Shown here: positions 38,714 to 51,545 of the stretch, piece by piece
How the letters are laid out: each line of letters opens with the position of its first letter
Numbering within the stretch: the stretch's first letter is position 1
Source of the DNA: Basidiobolus meristosporus CBS 931.73
Lineage: Eukaryota; Fungi; Basidiobolomycota
Length of the DNA stretch: 64,000 bases
NCBI GenBank assembly: GCA_002104905.1
Contig: MCFE01000465.1
Location: 1 to 64,000 of the forward strand
Direction of reading: 5' to 3'
Translations under genes and position numbers: made by a program
The notes under the pieces: generated by a model
Database searches by the model: none
Told to the model about the DNA's origin: nothing
The model's input: the letters and a program-made list of their open reading frames with translations, nothing else

Positions 38714-41700
38714 AATTGTCGATATACTCAAGAAGTATCAAATGGAAGGCTGCAGCAACTCTGATGGAGGCATATTGTAACTTGATCAAAAGTCAGCCAT
38801 ATCAACAAAGTTTGGTGCCACTTGAAAGACCAAACTTCCTTTACCAATCTATGGTTGACAGTGTGATATATATCATGTGAGGAACATGTGCAGATATCCC
38901 ATATTCAGATGGAGTTATCAGCTAACATAATCAGGGCTATGGATCTGATCACATAGCAGTAGTTAAGTGGCTATTTAAGTACTTAAAGGGAAATGTTGAT
39001 ATCTGCTCAAAGTATGTCTATAAAGATTCATAACAGGATGTTTTGGGATACTCTGCTGCTCATTGGAGACAGAATTTAGAAGACAGATGATCCACCACAG
39101 AATAAGCCTTTTGTTGCTGTACAAGAGCAATTTCATGGGATTCAAGAGGGCAACCAACCATAGCACTTTCCACCACCCAGGCAGAGTATATGGCAGCCAG
39201 GGCCTTACATTGAAGTATATTCTGTGTATTGCTTTTCAAATGAATAAAGCAGGTATTCTGATAACCCAAGTGCGTAGCATCAATACAAAAGAGATATTTG
39301 AAGTATTTCGTAGAGGGCGTGCTACTCAGTTGCTAGTCAATCAAAGCCAGATTATTCATTACATTAGTAGCTTGTAGAATGACCAAAATTAGGGTTCTGC
39401 CTATCTAGATGGCGTTGCGATATGCAAAATTAATCGGATGACAAAAAATAACATACCGACCACGCATAAATGCAGCGCTGGTTTTTGCCAGGATGAGTTG
39501 CCAATTGAAACCAATTTATATCAATTATAGGAGAGTACGAAAGGAATCCATGGTAAATATTCAGGTTCACAATATCTGTATAAGAAGTAGCACCAAACTG
39601 TATGAAGTCTCGGGGAAGGGTTACCCTCGCAATCAAATTAAGCAATCCATGGTGGTGAGTGTATCAAAGCTGATTAGGACTAATTACCTGCAGCAAGTAG
39701 TTATGAGCGCGATAAAGCTTGTGATTTTTGCTTTATCAGTAGAAATTGATCGCATACAGTTGATTACTTGTTATTACAGGATCGCAGTTGGAATCAGTTG
39801 AATTCTTGTTACCAATCGAATTTGTACTTGTATATATGCTAGTATACTATACCTAGTACTTTAGGGAAGTACGCATGTCCAGGTATGAGCTACTCCGGCG
39901 ATATGTAAGATGTATGCTGGTGGCTGTGGCAAATTCGGAACACCATGCGCTCAATATAGTGTATTTACCCTATGACACTCAATTCAGTATGGTTGGATGG
40001 TCCAATTAGTCGCAACAGAAGGTACTTGGAGGCCTAGGAGATTCAGTCTTGCCCAGAGGAAATAAAATATTGAATCCAGGCAACGGCATCAAACTCCAAT
40101 GACATTGCACAAAATGATAATGGCAAATACAGGGGTTGAGTGACAAGGAGCTGGGCAAGCCTTACTCCGTTGTGCTAAAACATCCATCTCAACTCGCATA
40201 ATAATTGTCTTTATTTGGGTTGGTTGTCTTGCTGCGTCTGGGGGGCTATGGAAAATATCAACAATGAAAAGATCACTTTGATGAAAACTCAGTGGGATAG
40301 TAGGGAAAAGTGGCGGATTAGCGTTAAACAACCATGATTCATTGGTGGTGAGTGATGATTGCCTTGACTTGGGTATCGGTAGTACATCCCCCGACAGTCT
40401 AAATTATGATTAGCACGTTTAATCGGTAACGAAGAATAATTGGACAACGCTCTATCGCGGCGGTTAATCACCAGATTGATCGTACTGACATTGATCAAAG
40501 GAGCTTCTGGGTGCTTTCGTACTGCTTGAGGTGTGTGATTCATGAAAGCGTACAAAGCGCTTTGTTGAGTGGGTCTTCGCACATAAATCTGTACATTACA
40601 ACCATCTCCTGTCAAACCTAGTAGATGCATACTAAGCCCCAATAATTGTTTCTGTGCCTTTCTGCCACCATTTGTGTTTCCTGATAATGCATCATGGCCA
40701 AGTGCGCTATACTCCACCCTCGGGTTTTAGCATAGTTTAACCAGCTAATTGATATGGTGGTTATCTGGCCTCACTTCCTAGAGAAGTAAAGATGGACATT
40801 GCTAGTTTCCAATACAGGCATCCCATTTTGGCATTATCGTGATGCATGTGGATGTGGATGAGATTCGCCCCCTCTATGCCATGATTTCCAGCAATAGCGA
40901 CCATTAGAAAATCGACTTCAATATAGATCTTTTTGCATAGCTGGATTGGTGTATTCGGTCCCAGCAATATATCCCTTTTGTGCTCAATATCTTATTATGA
41001 CCTCGGCATGTGATTACCGATGGAGAAATGCAGACCTGTTTTGATAGGTGGCTGCAATCCCTGTCGAAATCGCATATTTGTTGAGGGTGTGAGATTTCTT
41101 AGGACACTCTGATCACTCCAAAAAGCCTTTTTCAGAACATACCAAGGATTCCTTTCTATGGAAAATCTTCCTTGAAAATGGTGCTGGTCTATGGTTTGGA
41201 AGGGGCATCGTTAGATGAGAAAACCTATACTCGTTTGTAGCGAATCGTGAATTGGCGAGGCGCCAGGCTATTTCGTGGTGGCTAGTGATTACGATGTGGA
41301 TTCTGTGTCAGTTGGTTACACCAAGCCAGAGATGACAGACTGCAGTCGTATTACACCAACTTCTCTAGTCCAACAACCAAAAGCCTTCTCTCCATAAATG
41401 TGCCTAACGTCTGACATATGTTACTCAAATAACCGATGGTTTATCTGTCACTTTGTCATGTAACTCTGTGAAAGATGGCTTATTTTCTCACGCTAGAATG
41501 CTTTCTTGAAGGTTGCTTAATGGCAGAGGGAATTGTTGCTTTGTCATAGGGCATCTGGAATCAGCCAAGTATACAGTGGGCTGATTGGCTAGAATACTAT
41601 CCATTGTTGACCATGTTCGTTAGAATGTTCCAACCATTCAGTCTGCTAGCAAGCATCGGTAAGCCCTCCTCACTCGAGTATGGCGATGGTGCTGGGATAC

Positions 41701-42146
41701 TTGCACGCTCTGCTCAATATAAGTTGGCTCCAAGTTTTGTTAGAGCATGTTTAGCAACCTTCATCGCCAAATGGGCATGAAGTGGCCTGTTCCTATTTGT
41801 CATATTTAATAAACTCGATTTACTCTAGGTGAACCAATGCGATGCGGATAGAATTGTGGAATTTAGCTCATACTGCATAGATGCAACTAGCAATACTCTG
41901 AGCTGTAGTTCTTCTATTTTTGTAAAATATCCAGGATAGAGACTCAATTTGGCAGAGGTATCGGAGTGAAGATTGATGCATGCATATATATATATTGATA
42001 AGCTTCTTTATAGCCCGTGGTGCCCTGATTTGGTTCCCACACATTCGTTCCATCATTAGTTTAAAAGACTGACTTGACTCGACTGAATTCCTACCTTCTA
42101 TCGTCCATCCACTCTTTTAAATTCCATTCTATTGTATAAGTGTAGC

Positions 42147-43872
42147 ATGAGCCTTAGAAATATTTCTCGTACGTATGGTTTGTGCACCTTGCGCCCTCAA
42201 GTCAGCAGGCTCGCTTTAAGACCTGTTCACATTGTTAGACCTTTTTCTGCAGTCTCGCAAGGTATGTATTACGTAAAGGTCCTATTGTTTTAACGAGCCA
42301 AGAGCTGATCGAACTTCTGGGTTATAGTGGGAACTAGCGAGAGTAGCAAGAAGCGTGAAAAGATCATGAATCTCAACAATCTTAACCCAAATGTGAGAAA
42401 TGTGGAATATGCCGTCCGTGGAGAGATAGCTATTTTGGCCGAAACCTTAAAAGACGTTAGTGCATTTGAGGTTTCTCCTTGATTGCATATGCTTGTTACT
42501 TATCTTTTGCCGGTATATGTAGAAACTAAACAAAGGCGAAAACCTCCCTTTCAATGAAATCACCAATATCAACATTGGTAATCCTCAACAGCTGAAGCAA
42601 AAGCCTATCACTTTCTTTCGCCAAGTTTCCTCCCTTGTCGAGAATCCTGATCTCTTACTTGATGAAAATCGGGAAAAGGTCGAGGCTCTTTACCCTATTG
42701 ATGTAATTGAGCGTGCTAAAAAGCTGGTTAGCAGCGCTGGCGGTAGTGTTGGTGCATACAGTCACTCTATGGGAATACCATACATTCGTCAACAAGTTGC
42801 TAAATTTATCGAGGAGCGTGATGGCTACCCAGCTGACCCAGAGAAGATCTTCTTGACTGCCGGCGCTTCACCAGCAGTTCAGATGATCCTTCAGTGTATG
42901 ATTGACAAACCTAATGTCGGTGTCATGATCCCTATTCCTCAGTATCCGCTCTACACTGCATCCCTTGCCCTTTTCAACTCTCGTGCTGTTCCCTACTACT
43001 TGAATGAGGAGAAAGCCTGGGGAATGGACCCCAACGATCTCAAAGAGGCTATCCATAAGGCTCGTCAAGAGGGCACTGATGTGCGTGCTCTCGTTATTAT
43101 CAACCCAGGAAACCCCACTGGTCAATGTCTTTCCGATGAGAACATGAAGGAAATCATTGAGTTTTGTCATCGTGAACGCCTGGTTTTGTGTGCCGATGAA
43201 GTCTACCAGACCAACACTTACTCCGAAGATCTTCCATTCCATTCATTCAAGAAGATTCTTAGAAGCATGGGCCCTGATTATGAGGACTTTGAACTATTCT
43301 CCTTCCACTCAATTTCCAAAGGTGTGATTGGAGAATGCGGAAGACGTGGTGGTTATGTTGAATGTGTTGGCATCGACCCTCATATCGTTGAGCAGATGTA
43401 CAAGCTTGCATCAATTTCGCTTTGTCCCAACGTCCAGGGTCAAATTATGGTGGAGCTCATGGTCAACCCACCTAATCCAGGAGAGCCTTCTTATGACTTG
43501 TACAAGAAAGAAACTGATGATATCTATCACTCCTTGATCCGTAGAAGTGTTAAGCTCTACGAAGCATTCAACAACCTAGAGGGCGTCACTTGCAGCAAGG
43601 CTGAGGGTGCTATGTATCTCTTCCCACAAATTAGATTGCCTGCCAGAGCCATCGAGGCCGCTAAGACCGCCGGCAAACAACCAGACGCCTACTACAGTTT
43701 GGAAATGTTGAAGGCAACTGGAATCTGCGTCGTGCCAGGTAGTGGCTTCGGTCAGAAAGACGGTACATGGCATTTCCGTGCTACCTTCCTTCCACCTGAA
43801 CACACCTTTGATGAATTCATCAATTTGTTGAAGAATTTCCACGAAAAATTCATGGATCAACACAGAGACTGA
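42147..43872 (+). CDS. ALT1: Alanine aminotransferase (class I/II PLP enzyme) with mitochondrial-type presequence
   Basis: Arg-rich acid-free N-terminus, LNPNVRNVEYAVRGE, NIGNPQQ, GAYSHSMG, IPIPQYPLYTA, INPGNPTGQ, ADEVYQ, SFHSISKG (PLP Lys), GECGRRGGY, VPGSGFGQKDGTWHFR. Confidence 0.96.
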
Positions 43873-44680
43873 GCTTACTCAAAGGTATAGTTCTGCTGTC
43901 CTCAAAGATCTCTTTGGCATATACTTCATTGTTTGGAACACTGTATTTTTTTTCCATTTATTTAAGCTGCATCAATTAGAAAGAAGTTGGTGTTTAAATT
44001 GAATTAAATTGTTTATAACCCCCAATTTGCCCATTGAGTGATATATCCATTAGTCTTCACCGAGGAAGGAGCTTGAAATATGCAGCATTCCAAATAAGGG
44101 GACGAATAAGCAATGCTAATCACGCTTCAACCATCATGCATGATATTAATCGTGCTTGAGAGCATGACCCTATCCGTTTTGGTCATGCTGGGAGTTTCTG
44201 CATTAAAGGCATTCTTCAGGCGCTGGAATGAACAGGTTGGATCGGATTGGTGATGGCACTGAGCAACAGTGAGGGGAAATCGAGTTGAGCCACATTTATT
44301 CATGTATTTGCCGAGGTTCGATATGGGCATGTGCTCAAATCAAACTAATGGACGGGTTATTTCCAAGGTGTGTGAAGGTGAAGGTCACCATGGTTCACAA
44401 AACTAGGTTGGGGTGGGCAGTCTCATACCAAGAGCGCCGGTAGCGTTATATTGATTCAGATAGGAATAACCAGATCTCAAACTAGTAGCTGTGGACCAGC
44501 CAACCCGAATATGAAGTTCAAGTAGTATTCATAGGATGCTATCATCCGGTCTTGTGAAATTTCAGGCCTGGTGCAATAAATTTCGATCGATAAAGATCTG
44601 GTCTCAGTATTAAATTGACGTGAATGGCTCCTGTATTTCTCGTATTACAGGTACCATATACTCTCTGGAGGAGAATTCCT

Positions 44681-46140
44681 TCAATCACGCGGAACCAGTT
44701 TAGGCCGGTTTGTTGTTTTAACCTATACATTAGGGATTAGTGGTAGATACGTGCGTTCTGGAGTATCCGGACAGTATCCGGTCCGCTACCTCTATTGTCT
44801 GTAACCGGGAAGATGTAAGGCTTATCTTTAGCGTCTCGGTGGAGTTGATTAAAGCCTCAAAATTCTTTGCCTTCTCTTTGTTTACCTGAAGGCTGAGGAT
44901 TAGCGAGCAGCCATCTGGCCGTTGGCTTATGAGTAAGACGGCTTACCGGTACGGGGCCGCAGATCTTTTCTCTAGTTTGCTCTATGGTTGGAAAACCCAA
45001 CGTTGAGTTTCGGGATTCCGGGGATCTGGAAAACATGGCTTTAGGGGAAGGCCGACCGTTGAACAAAAAGTCCTCGATCGAGGAGCGGGGTGAGGAGAAA
45101 TTGGAGGAGATGGATAATCCTTTCGGACGGTTCGACCTAAATCCTCCAAGGATTTTGGCCAGAGTTCCACGGTCTCGGCGTCGAGGAGACTCGGTGTGCA
45201 CGTCCATTTCGTCGTCATCGCATTCGAAATCGGAATGACAATCGACCACCGGAGAGTCGAGCTTCGACGCTAGAGTTGCGGCCAGTTTGAGTATACTTGG
45301 AACACAGTCGATAGCTTCACCACTGAAATCAACTTACCACACTCACTTGCGCGCTTTGGGCCAAACCGCTCAGCCCGTCTATTCTAAATGAGGGGCGGGC
45401 TGTTAACAAGCAAGTACAGTTGCAACTAGGGATACCATGACGTACCTCCATGGTGCTGGCCAAGTCAGTCTTGTTGTAGACTCCCCGAATCTCCCTGTTA
45501 GCCTCGATGGCCGTTTTAAACATCCTACTATCCACAAATAACTGCTCATGATTTCTTGCCAGAAGTATCGAGTCAACGATAAGGAATGTAGCCACATGCT
45601 CCAGGACTCCACAAAGAATCGCTGCTGTCCGGGAAGTGATCAGGGCGCGGCCCTTGGGTTGAAATATACAACTACTCCCCATGGTGCTGTAAATTGAGCA
45701 TTGGGCTCGCATGCATTCAACAACGGTAGTCAAGGGGAGCTGCCCCCGGGGAAACTCCCGAGGGTCACTCCGTAGCGACACCCGGCTCAAAAAGTTCTCG
45801 CCATCAGCGATCGCGTTGACGGCCAATGAGCCATGGGGACAGAGCCGATGCATGATGATGGAAAGCTTGCCATGATCAAGCCGATGGTCGGAGGATGCCT
45901 TGACCATGGTGTAAATCATCTCATCCAAAAATACATTCAGGTACTGGACAGCAGTCTTGGAGATGCGGTGGACGCCGTATTTCCTGGCTGTTGTCCGCGC
46001 CGCACGGTACGAAATGAACACAAATTCGGGGGCTGGGAGGTTCAGAGATTTGGTTAAATTGGCGCAATGAGCAAGGATGTCCCTTGTCCAGGTGGCATCG
46101 GTATGTTAAAGAAAGTACCTTTGGTTTGGGTGATGGTCAT
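44681..46140 (-). CDS. Tandem histone-fold (H2B-like then H2A-like) protein with low-complexity C-terminus; multi-exon, end approximate
   Basis: ATG 46140, intron 46118-46033; HRISKTAVQYLNVFLDEMIYTMVKAS resembles H2B helices; ITSRTAAILCGVLEHVATFLIVDSILLAR..VDSRMFKTAIEANREIRGVY resembles H2A; late exon KNFEALINSTETLKISLTSSRLQTIE. Confidence 0.65.
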
Positions 46141-47174
46141 TGTCAATGAAGTGGTGTGGCTCTATTGGAGATGTAGGCAAAGGCACCAGTTGCATCAACC
46201 ACTCCAAGGCCCAAGAAAGAAAGTGGTGTGCAAGGAAAAACCACGTCCAACAATGTGAAGTCCGCAGGTTCAGGGGGATGATCTTTTAATAAACTCAGTG
46301 GAGATACAAACCCGAGACACTTTTCGTTGTAAATGGTAGTTGTACTGATGAGTCTTCTGATCATATTGGCGCTGGAATGGAAGTCAAGGTTGTACAGACT
46401 CATTCAACAACGGCTGGATATGGTACTCCTGTTAATTAATTCTAGGATCCTCACCGTACACCAGCTAGGTCTGTGATAATTGAGAATTGTTTCAACATGA
46501 CATTGATTAGCTTCTCGCGAAAGAGGGCCGTGAGCGGTTTGAAGTCTTCACCAACCGGCTAGATGCAGTCGACCATCGGTCCAAGCAAGCCTGAGAAGGC
46601 CGGAGGGATGGAGTTGAATGCACCCACAGACGTGTCAGCTTAGCATCGTGGAGCGTAAGCCCCAGACGTTAGAACGGCCCCAGGTAGAGTGGATGCATTT
46701 GCACACCCGGTCGCCACTTGCATGCGACGACCGCTTTCTCATTACAATCTAGACCGTATTCACGATCAATCAGCGAGGTGATACAACATTGGACAGCGGG
46801 TCTGTACCATTACAAAGGCCAAAATCGCCATTGAATCGATCCACCGATGGGAAAGCAAAAGCCCAACAACGCCCTTGCGAATCCTAATTTGGCTGGCCCT
46901 CTTTCATGCTGTGTATTTCTACAAAGAGGGATTGTTCTCCGGCATTGTGCCTTTGGTGAGGCCATAGCTTGCCGCTTAGGTTCAAGTGATGAGAACAACC
47001 AGCATCGATCCGACGCTATTGTCAATCCTCACTGACGTAAGGAACTGGAATCCGTGTAGCCTAATCAAGAGTGAAGTTGTTACTTTATTACAATTAGCCA
47101 ATGAGTGGCAATCCGTGGTAGATACAGGTCTGTGATTGATTGGCTGATGGCGAGCAGCGTTGTGTTCCGTCCGG

Positions 47175-49899
47175 CTATATCGAATGCTCGCCCGTGGCAT
47201 CGTCCAGGATGCCGAATTCTTGCTTCATCTGACAGATATGCCTATCGCGTTTGGATTGCACCACGGAATGCTTGATATAAGGTTTCAATGTTACGAATGC
47301 AACCTGCGCGCATGTATAAACGAGTCAGTGTATGCGTATGACATGTACGAGGAGCTGACGCCAATTACCTTGATAAGCTTTTCTTCCTCTTGAATCTCGA
47401 GTGTCATGGACTTGAGATGATGGTACACACTGCCGCTGTCCTGACACCTCAGCAGCTTCTGTTCGTTGGTCTTGAGCAACGCGACTGCTACTCGAAACAG
47501 CGATACCACGCCCTGGACGAAGAAATTGTCCCATACGCGAAGCAAGGTCTCCATCGGGATGCAGTCTGTGTAGATGGTCAAGAACCAGCTGAACGTCACC
47601 GCCCCGAGATCCACTCCTAGGCTGCAGAAATGGCTATCTAGGCGCGGTAAGATCTCCTTGACCAGTTCTTTGAGGACTCGCTGATCAGCCTGCGATACCA
47701 AAAGTTGCCCAGTGTAGTAGTCGGATGGAAGGATATTCTCGATGATGCATACGAGTGTCCAAAATGCGTACTCTTCGTCGGATTGTACTAGTAGCAGTAC
47801 GGCGGCAATCAAATTCATTCCCTGGCAATAGCCAACCGAAGGATTGTGCCTGTGGAAGGGGTCAATCAAGTTGAATTCACGCAGCAAATCGACTGGGCAA
47901 ATTACCAGCTAAAGGCTACCAGGACTCTTCGCAGTTTTTCAATGCCCAGTCCGTTTTCTTCGAAGAACTCGTGGTTAGGGAGGGTTCGATGCAAGTCCTA
48001 GTGATCTGTAGGGTTAGTCTAGGCTGATTTGATCTCGTGTAGCTAATGAGAATGTGGTGTCGCGAACGAGTCACCTAGACGAGATACCAGAAGTAGGGCA
48101 CATACCAATTCAATCTGGCTCAAGGACACCGATTCCCAACCTTCATGCTGTGCGATCAGCTCTTGGTAATAGCCAGGCTTCTTCCGTCTATATGCGCCTG
48201 AGCATTCATGCCATATTTTGGCGCGATGAATTGCTGGGATGCCAGCATGAACCAATTTCTTGAATTCCTTGTACTCCGCTTCGCCCATTCTGGCCAAGCC
48301 TAGGCTCTGCTCGACCGAATCATCGTCACGACGATCCCCCCTGGACGCTTTTCTCCTCTCGATGAAAGCATTCCATTTGTCTTTTTGAGCCTGCAGTGGT
48401 ACAGTATGCATGTCTATGAGCTGTGAGAGCAGCAGATGAACGGACGGACTCTGCGCGGTATCCTTGGCCACTATAATCGTGGCTGGGGTGATGGTGGGTG
48501 AATTGGGCGGCGAGTATAAGATATGCCCTGGGTTTGCCGGTGAGGCTGGGGATGTCATGGTGGAGTAAAAGTTGTAATAGTCGATAGGATACAGAATCTC
48601 GTGCTTGGCCAATGTCAAGTGAGAACATTGCTCATCTGGCTCAAGGTCCAGTAAGCTTGGTCGATTCTCACGCATCAAGTTTCCGACGAGCTTGCCGGCA
48701 GTACTGAGCTCTGGTTGAAGGGTCTCGGGCCCTGTCTGATCTGGCTTAGACATCTCAACCTTTTGCTGAGCAATCAGCATCCCATTTGCCTCTGGTTCAT
48801 CAGAATGACATGATCCTTCAGCTGCATGGGTCTTTTCGCGACAAACTGGCGTGTCCCTGGCTGACGAAGTGTTTATGGGGATAGTAGCTCGGCTTCTTTC
48901 TGTGCTTAGAAGATCCATTGTCCACCTAGAGACGCGGAAGGACACTCGTTTGGAATTGAAAAGTAGTGATCGCGCTGTGCCATCATCCCGCAGGGACGTT
49001 GCTGCTAGTGAGATGGCTTTAAAATGGAGCGGCTGTGAGCCAGGCTCGTCTAAAACCGTACCTGTAATTGATGGACTAATGAACCTCTGCGCTCGTCTTT
49101 GCTTCTGTTTCAGGAAATCTCCGTTTAGCTGCGGATCGTCCTCAACATGAGAATTAATGTCAAGGCATTCTGTGCTACACCCATGTTGATGAAGAGATTG
49201 GTTCGGCGAAGACGAAAGATCCTTGAGCCCCGGTATACTCGTCACATGCCCCGACCATGTGCTTGGAGTGAAACGGCCTGCGTGGATGGAATTCTCTAGC
49301 ACTGGCAAGGTGTAGCGTCGTATTTGTGAGGGATCCACGGCGTTATCCAGTGCTCTGGATTGAATACTCCGTTTTGGACCATAATCCGATTCAGGCCCGG
49401 GTTCCTTGTCCATGTTAGAATTAAACAAGCGCTTCTGAATATGTTGATTAAGATATGAATCACTGACGGAACGTTTTAATTTTGGCCACTGCTCAAGAGT
49501 GCTTTTTATTTCGACATCTTTTTCGGCAATGTTACTATTTGCTTGTCGATGATCAGTATAACAGGGTGTTACAGGAGGCTCCATATCGGTAGGCGTACTC
49601 GTGGCCGTATTGACGCAAGCGACAACTGTCAGTGTTGGGTGGAGAGTTGCACAAAGGTGCCGATGCTCCAAATCCTGCTCGCTATCTGAGCTGTGCAAGT
49701 CAGATTGCAGGGCATTCGGAATGGAGGGTTGTGCTTGGGTGGGGCTATTGATACGGCCTGTGTCGTCAAAAGCTTCTGAAGGCTTTCCTTCGGCTGATCG
49801 CTTCTCAGGCGAGGAAGGCGTTGCAGGCCTGGCTGGAATGCTGGACAAGATGTCACTTCCTTCCGCGAAAATAGGTTCTGAGGCAGAGATATCCGGCAT
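47175..49899 (-). CDS. TBC-domain Rab GTPase-activating protein with long disordered N-terminus
   Basis: LVHAGIPAIHRAKIW, QIELDLHRTLP (arginine finger), LRRVLVAFS, VGYCQGMNLIAA (glutamine finger), EEYAFW, SWFLTIY, LLRVWD. Confidence 0.92.
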
Positions 49900-50526
49900 T
49901 TGGTATTTCAAGAGAAATAACCAGAACTGAATAAAAGGTATTCAGAAAGCGTGAGGTCTAAGGACCTACCGAATCCAACTCACAAACCGAGAGGGAAAAG
50001 TGTCGTGTTTTGTTGAGTGCTCACGAAATTAAGGCACAAGTGACTGTAGTGGAAGTGGAGTGAAGCGGGCTCACTTATATTACAATAGAAGGGCTCAGTT
50101 GGAAAGGAGGTAGAGGCAGGTGCCAGAGTAAATAAAGGCTAGTGGTGTGTTCTAAGCTTTGGGCACAATATTCATGGTTTCCTGTACTGCTTTTCTCAGG
50201 GAGAAAGAGAGTCTAAAGTGTAGCGGACTAACGTGAGCTGTTCAAAAAGGGAACGTGACAGGGGTTTTATCTAAAAAAAGCCTATGCTGTTGTTGTAGTT
50301 GCGTAAATATTCGGCATAATTGAAAACCATGAAACTATCCATTTCACGACTGTAATTGTTGCTTCATTGGTAGTGTTTTATTCGAATAGTGTATAACCAC
50401 TGGCGTACCCAAAGTACCTTGCTGATTGGCCAAGATTATTTTCAGTTAAATTTGGCGCCACCCTGGTGAGGATATTATTCAGTACACCTGAACTTTACCA
50501 GTTGTTTATTTACTTCGGCTTCAAAG

Positions 50527-51403
50527 ATGGCGACATTTGGACGTTCAGCCGCCAAGCGCGGTGCCTTTATTTTGTTTGAGGGGTGTGATCGTTGTGGGAA
50601 AACAACACAAAGCTCCAAGCTTGTGGAACATTTGCGCGCCACTGGTGTAGCCACCGAGCTTATGAAATTCCCTAGTAAGCGTTCAACTTGGCCTAAAGCC
50701 TTGAGATGGTGCTAATCGTTCGCTTGCAGATCGGGAAACCACCATCGGAAAAATGATCGATCAGTACTTGAGAAGCGGTCAAGATCTCGACGACCAAACC
50801 ATCCATCTGTTGTTTTCAGCTAACCGTTGGGAGGCCATGTAAGCCGAATACCTTACTTTGAGCTCACCCGCCCCAGCTTATTCCCTGCTTATATAGGAAC
50901 GAGATGAGAGAAAAGCTGCTGAGCGGAATAACCGTTGTAGTGGATCGTTACGCTTTCTCAGGGGTAGCCTTTTCAGCCGCCAAGGTCAGATAGCTCGTCT
51001 AGAAGCATGCTCAGAGTTTGGTTGACCTAATCCGTGTTTACAGGGCTTGGATATCAAGTGGTGCCAAAACCCAGACGTAGGACTTATCCAACCAGATGTC
51101 GTTTTCCTTTTAGATATGCCAATAGAAAACACCTCCGAACGAGATGGCTTTGGTGAAGAAAGGTACGAAAAGAGAAGCATGCAGATCAAAGTACGCGAGC
51201 TCTTCCTTAGCATGCAGAACCCAACTTGGAGAGTAAGTGACCATCGACAAACCATTCCTATCCCAGGGGCATTAACGAGATTTTGCTAGGTCTTGGATGC
51301 ACGCAGATCTATAGAAGATCTCCAGCAAGAAATCGTCAAGATCTCCACCGAGACGTTGGCCAAGTGTCAGAAAACTGCCATTAAAGATGGGTTGTGGAAA
51401 TAA
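50527..51403 (+). CDS. CDC8: Thymidylate kinase (dTMP kinase), multi-exon
   Basis: [18 protein letters not shown] (P-loop), [45 protein letters not shown]. Confidence 0.96.
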
Positions 51404-51545
51404 AGCGAATCGTCATTTAGAAATTCCATTCACTCCGTTGAAGTCATGCCATTCTACCCAACACATCCAGTTGGAAACCATGTTTATTGTGCAAGATGAA
51501 AATCGAAACTGGCTCAGAGACATAGCTAGAATAACACGGAGTCCA

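Larger units (their letters stand above)
36387..39250 (+). mobile_element. Old, fragmented Ty1/copia element interrupted by nested insertions
   Basis: Diverged LTR ~36387-36722 similar to 53491-53839; gag remnant ERGFLAIVTG..CP; integrase C-terminal KFEPSYKKSIHLG..RDVLF (~38050); RT end DILKKYQME..YQSMVDSVIYIM*GTCADI..KYLKG and RNase H AISWDSRGQPTIALSTTQAEYMA (38714-39250). Confidence 0.8.

Noticed and set aside
39400-41900. Several 60-140-codon ORFs
   Set aside because: No recognisable domains, splice structure or repeats; treated as intergenic or unidentifiable decay.
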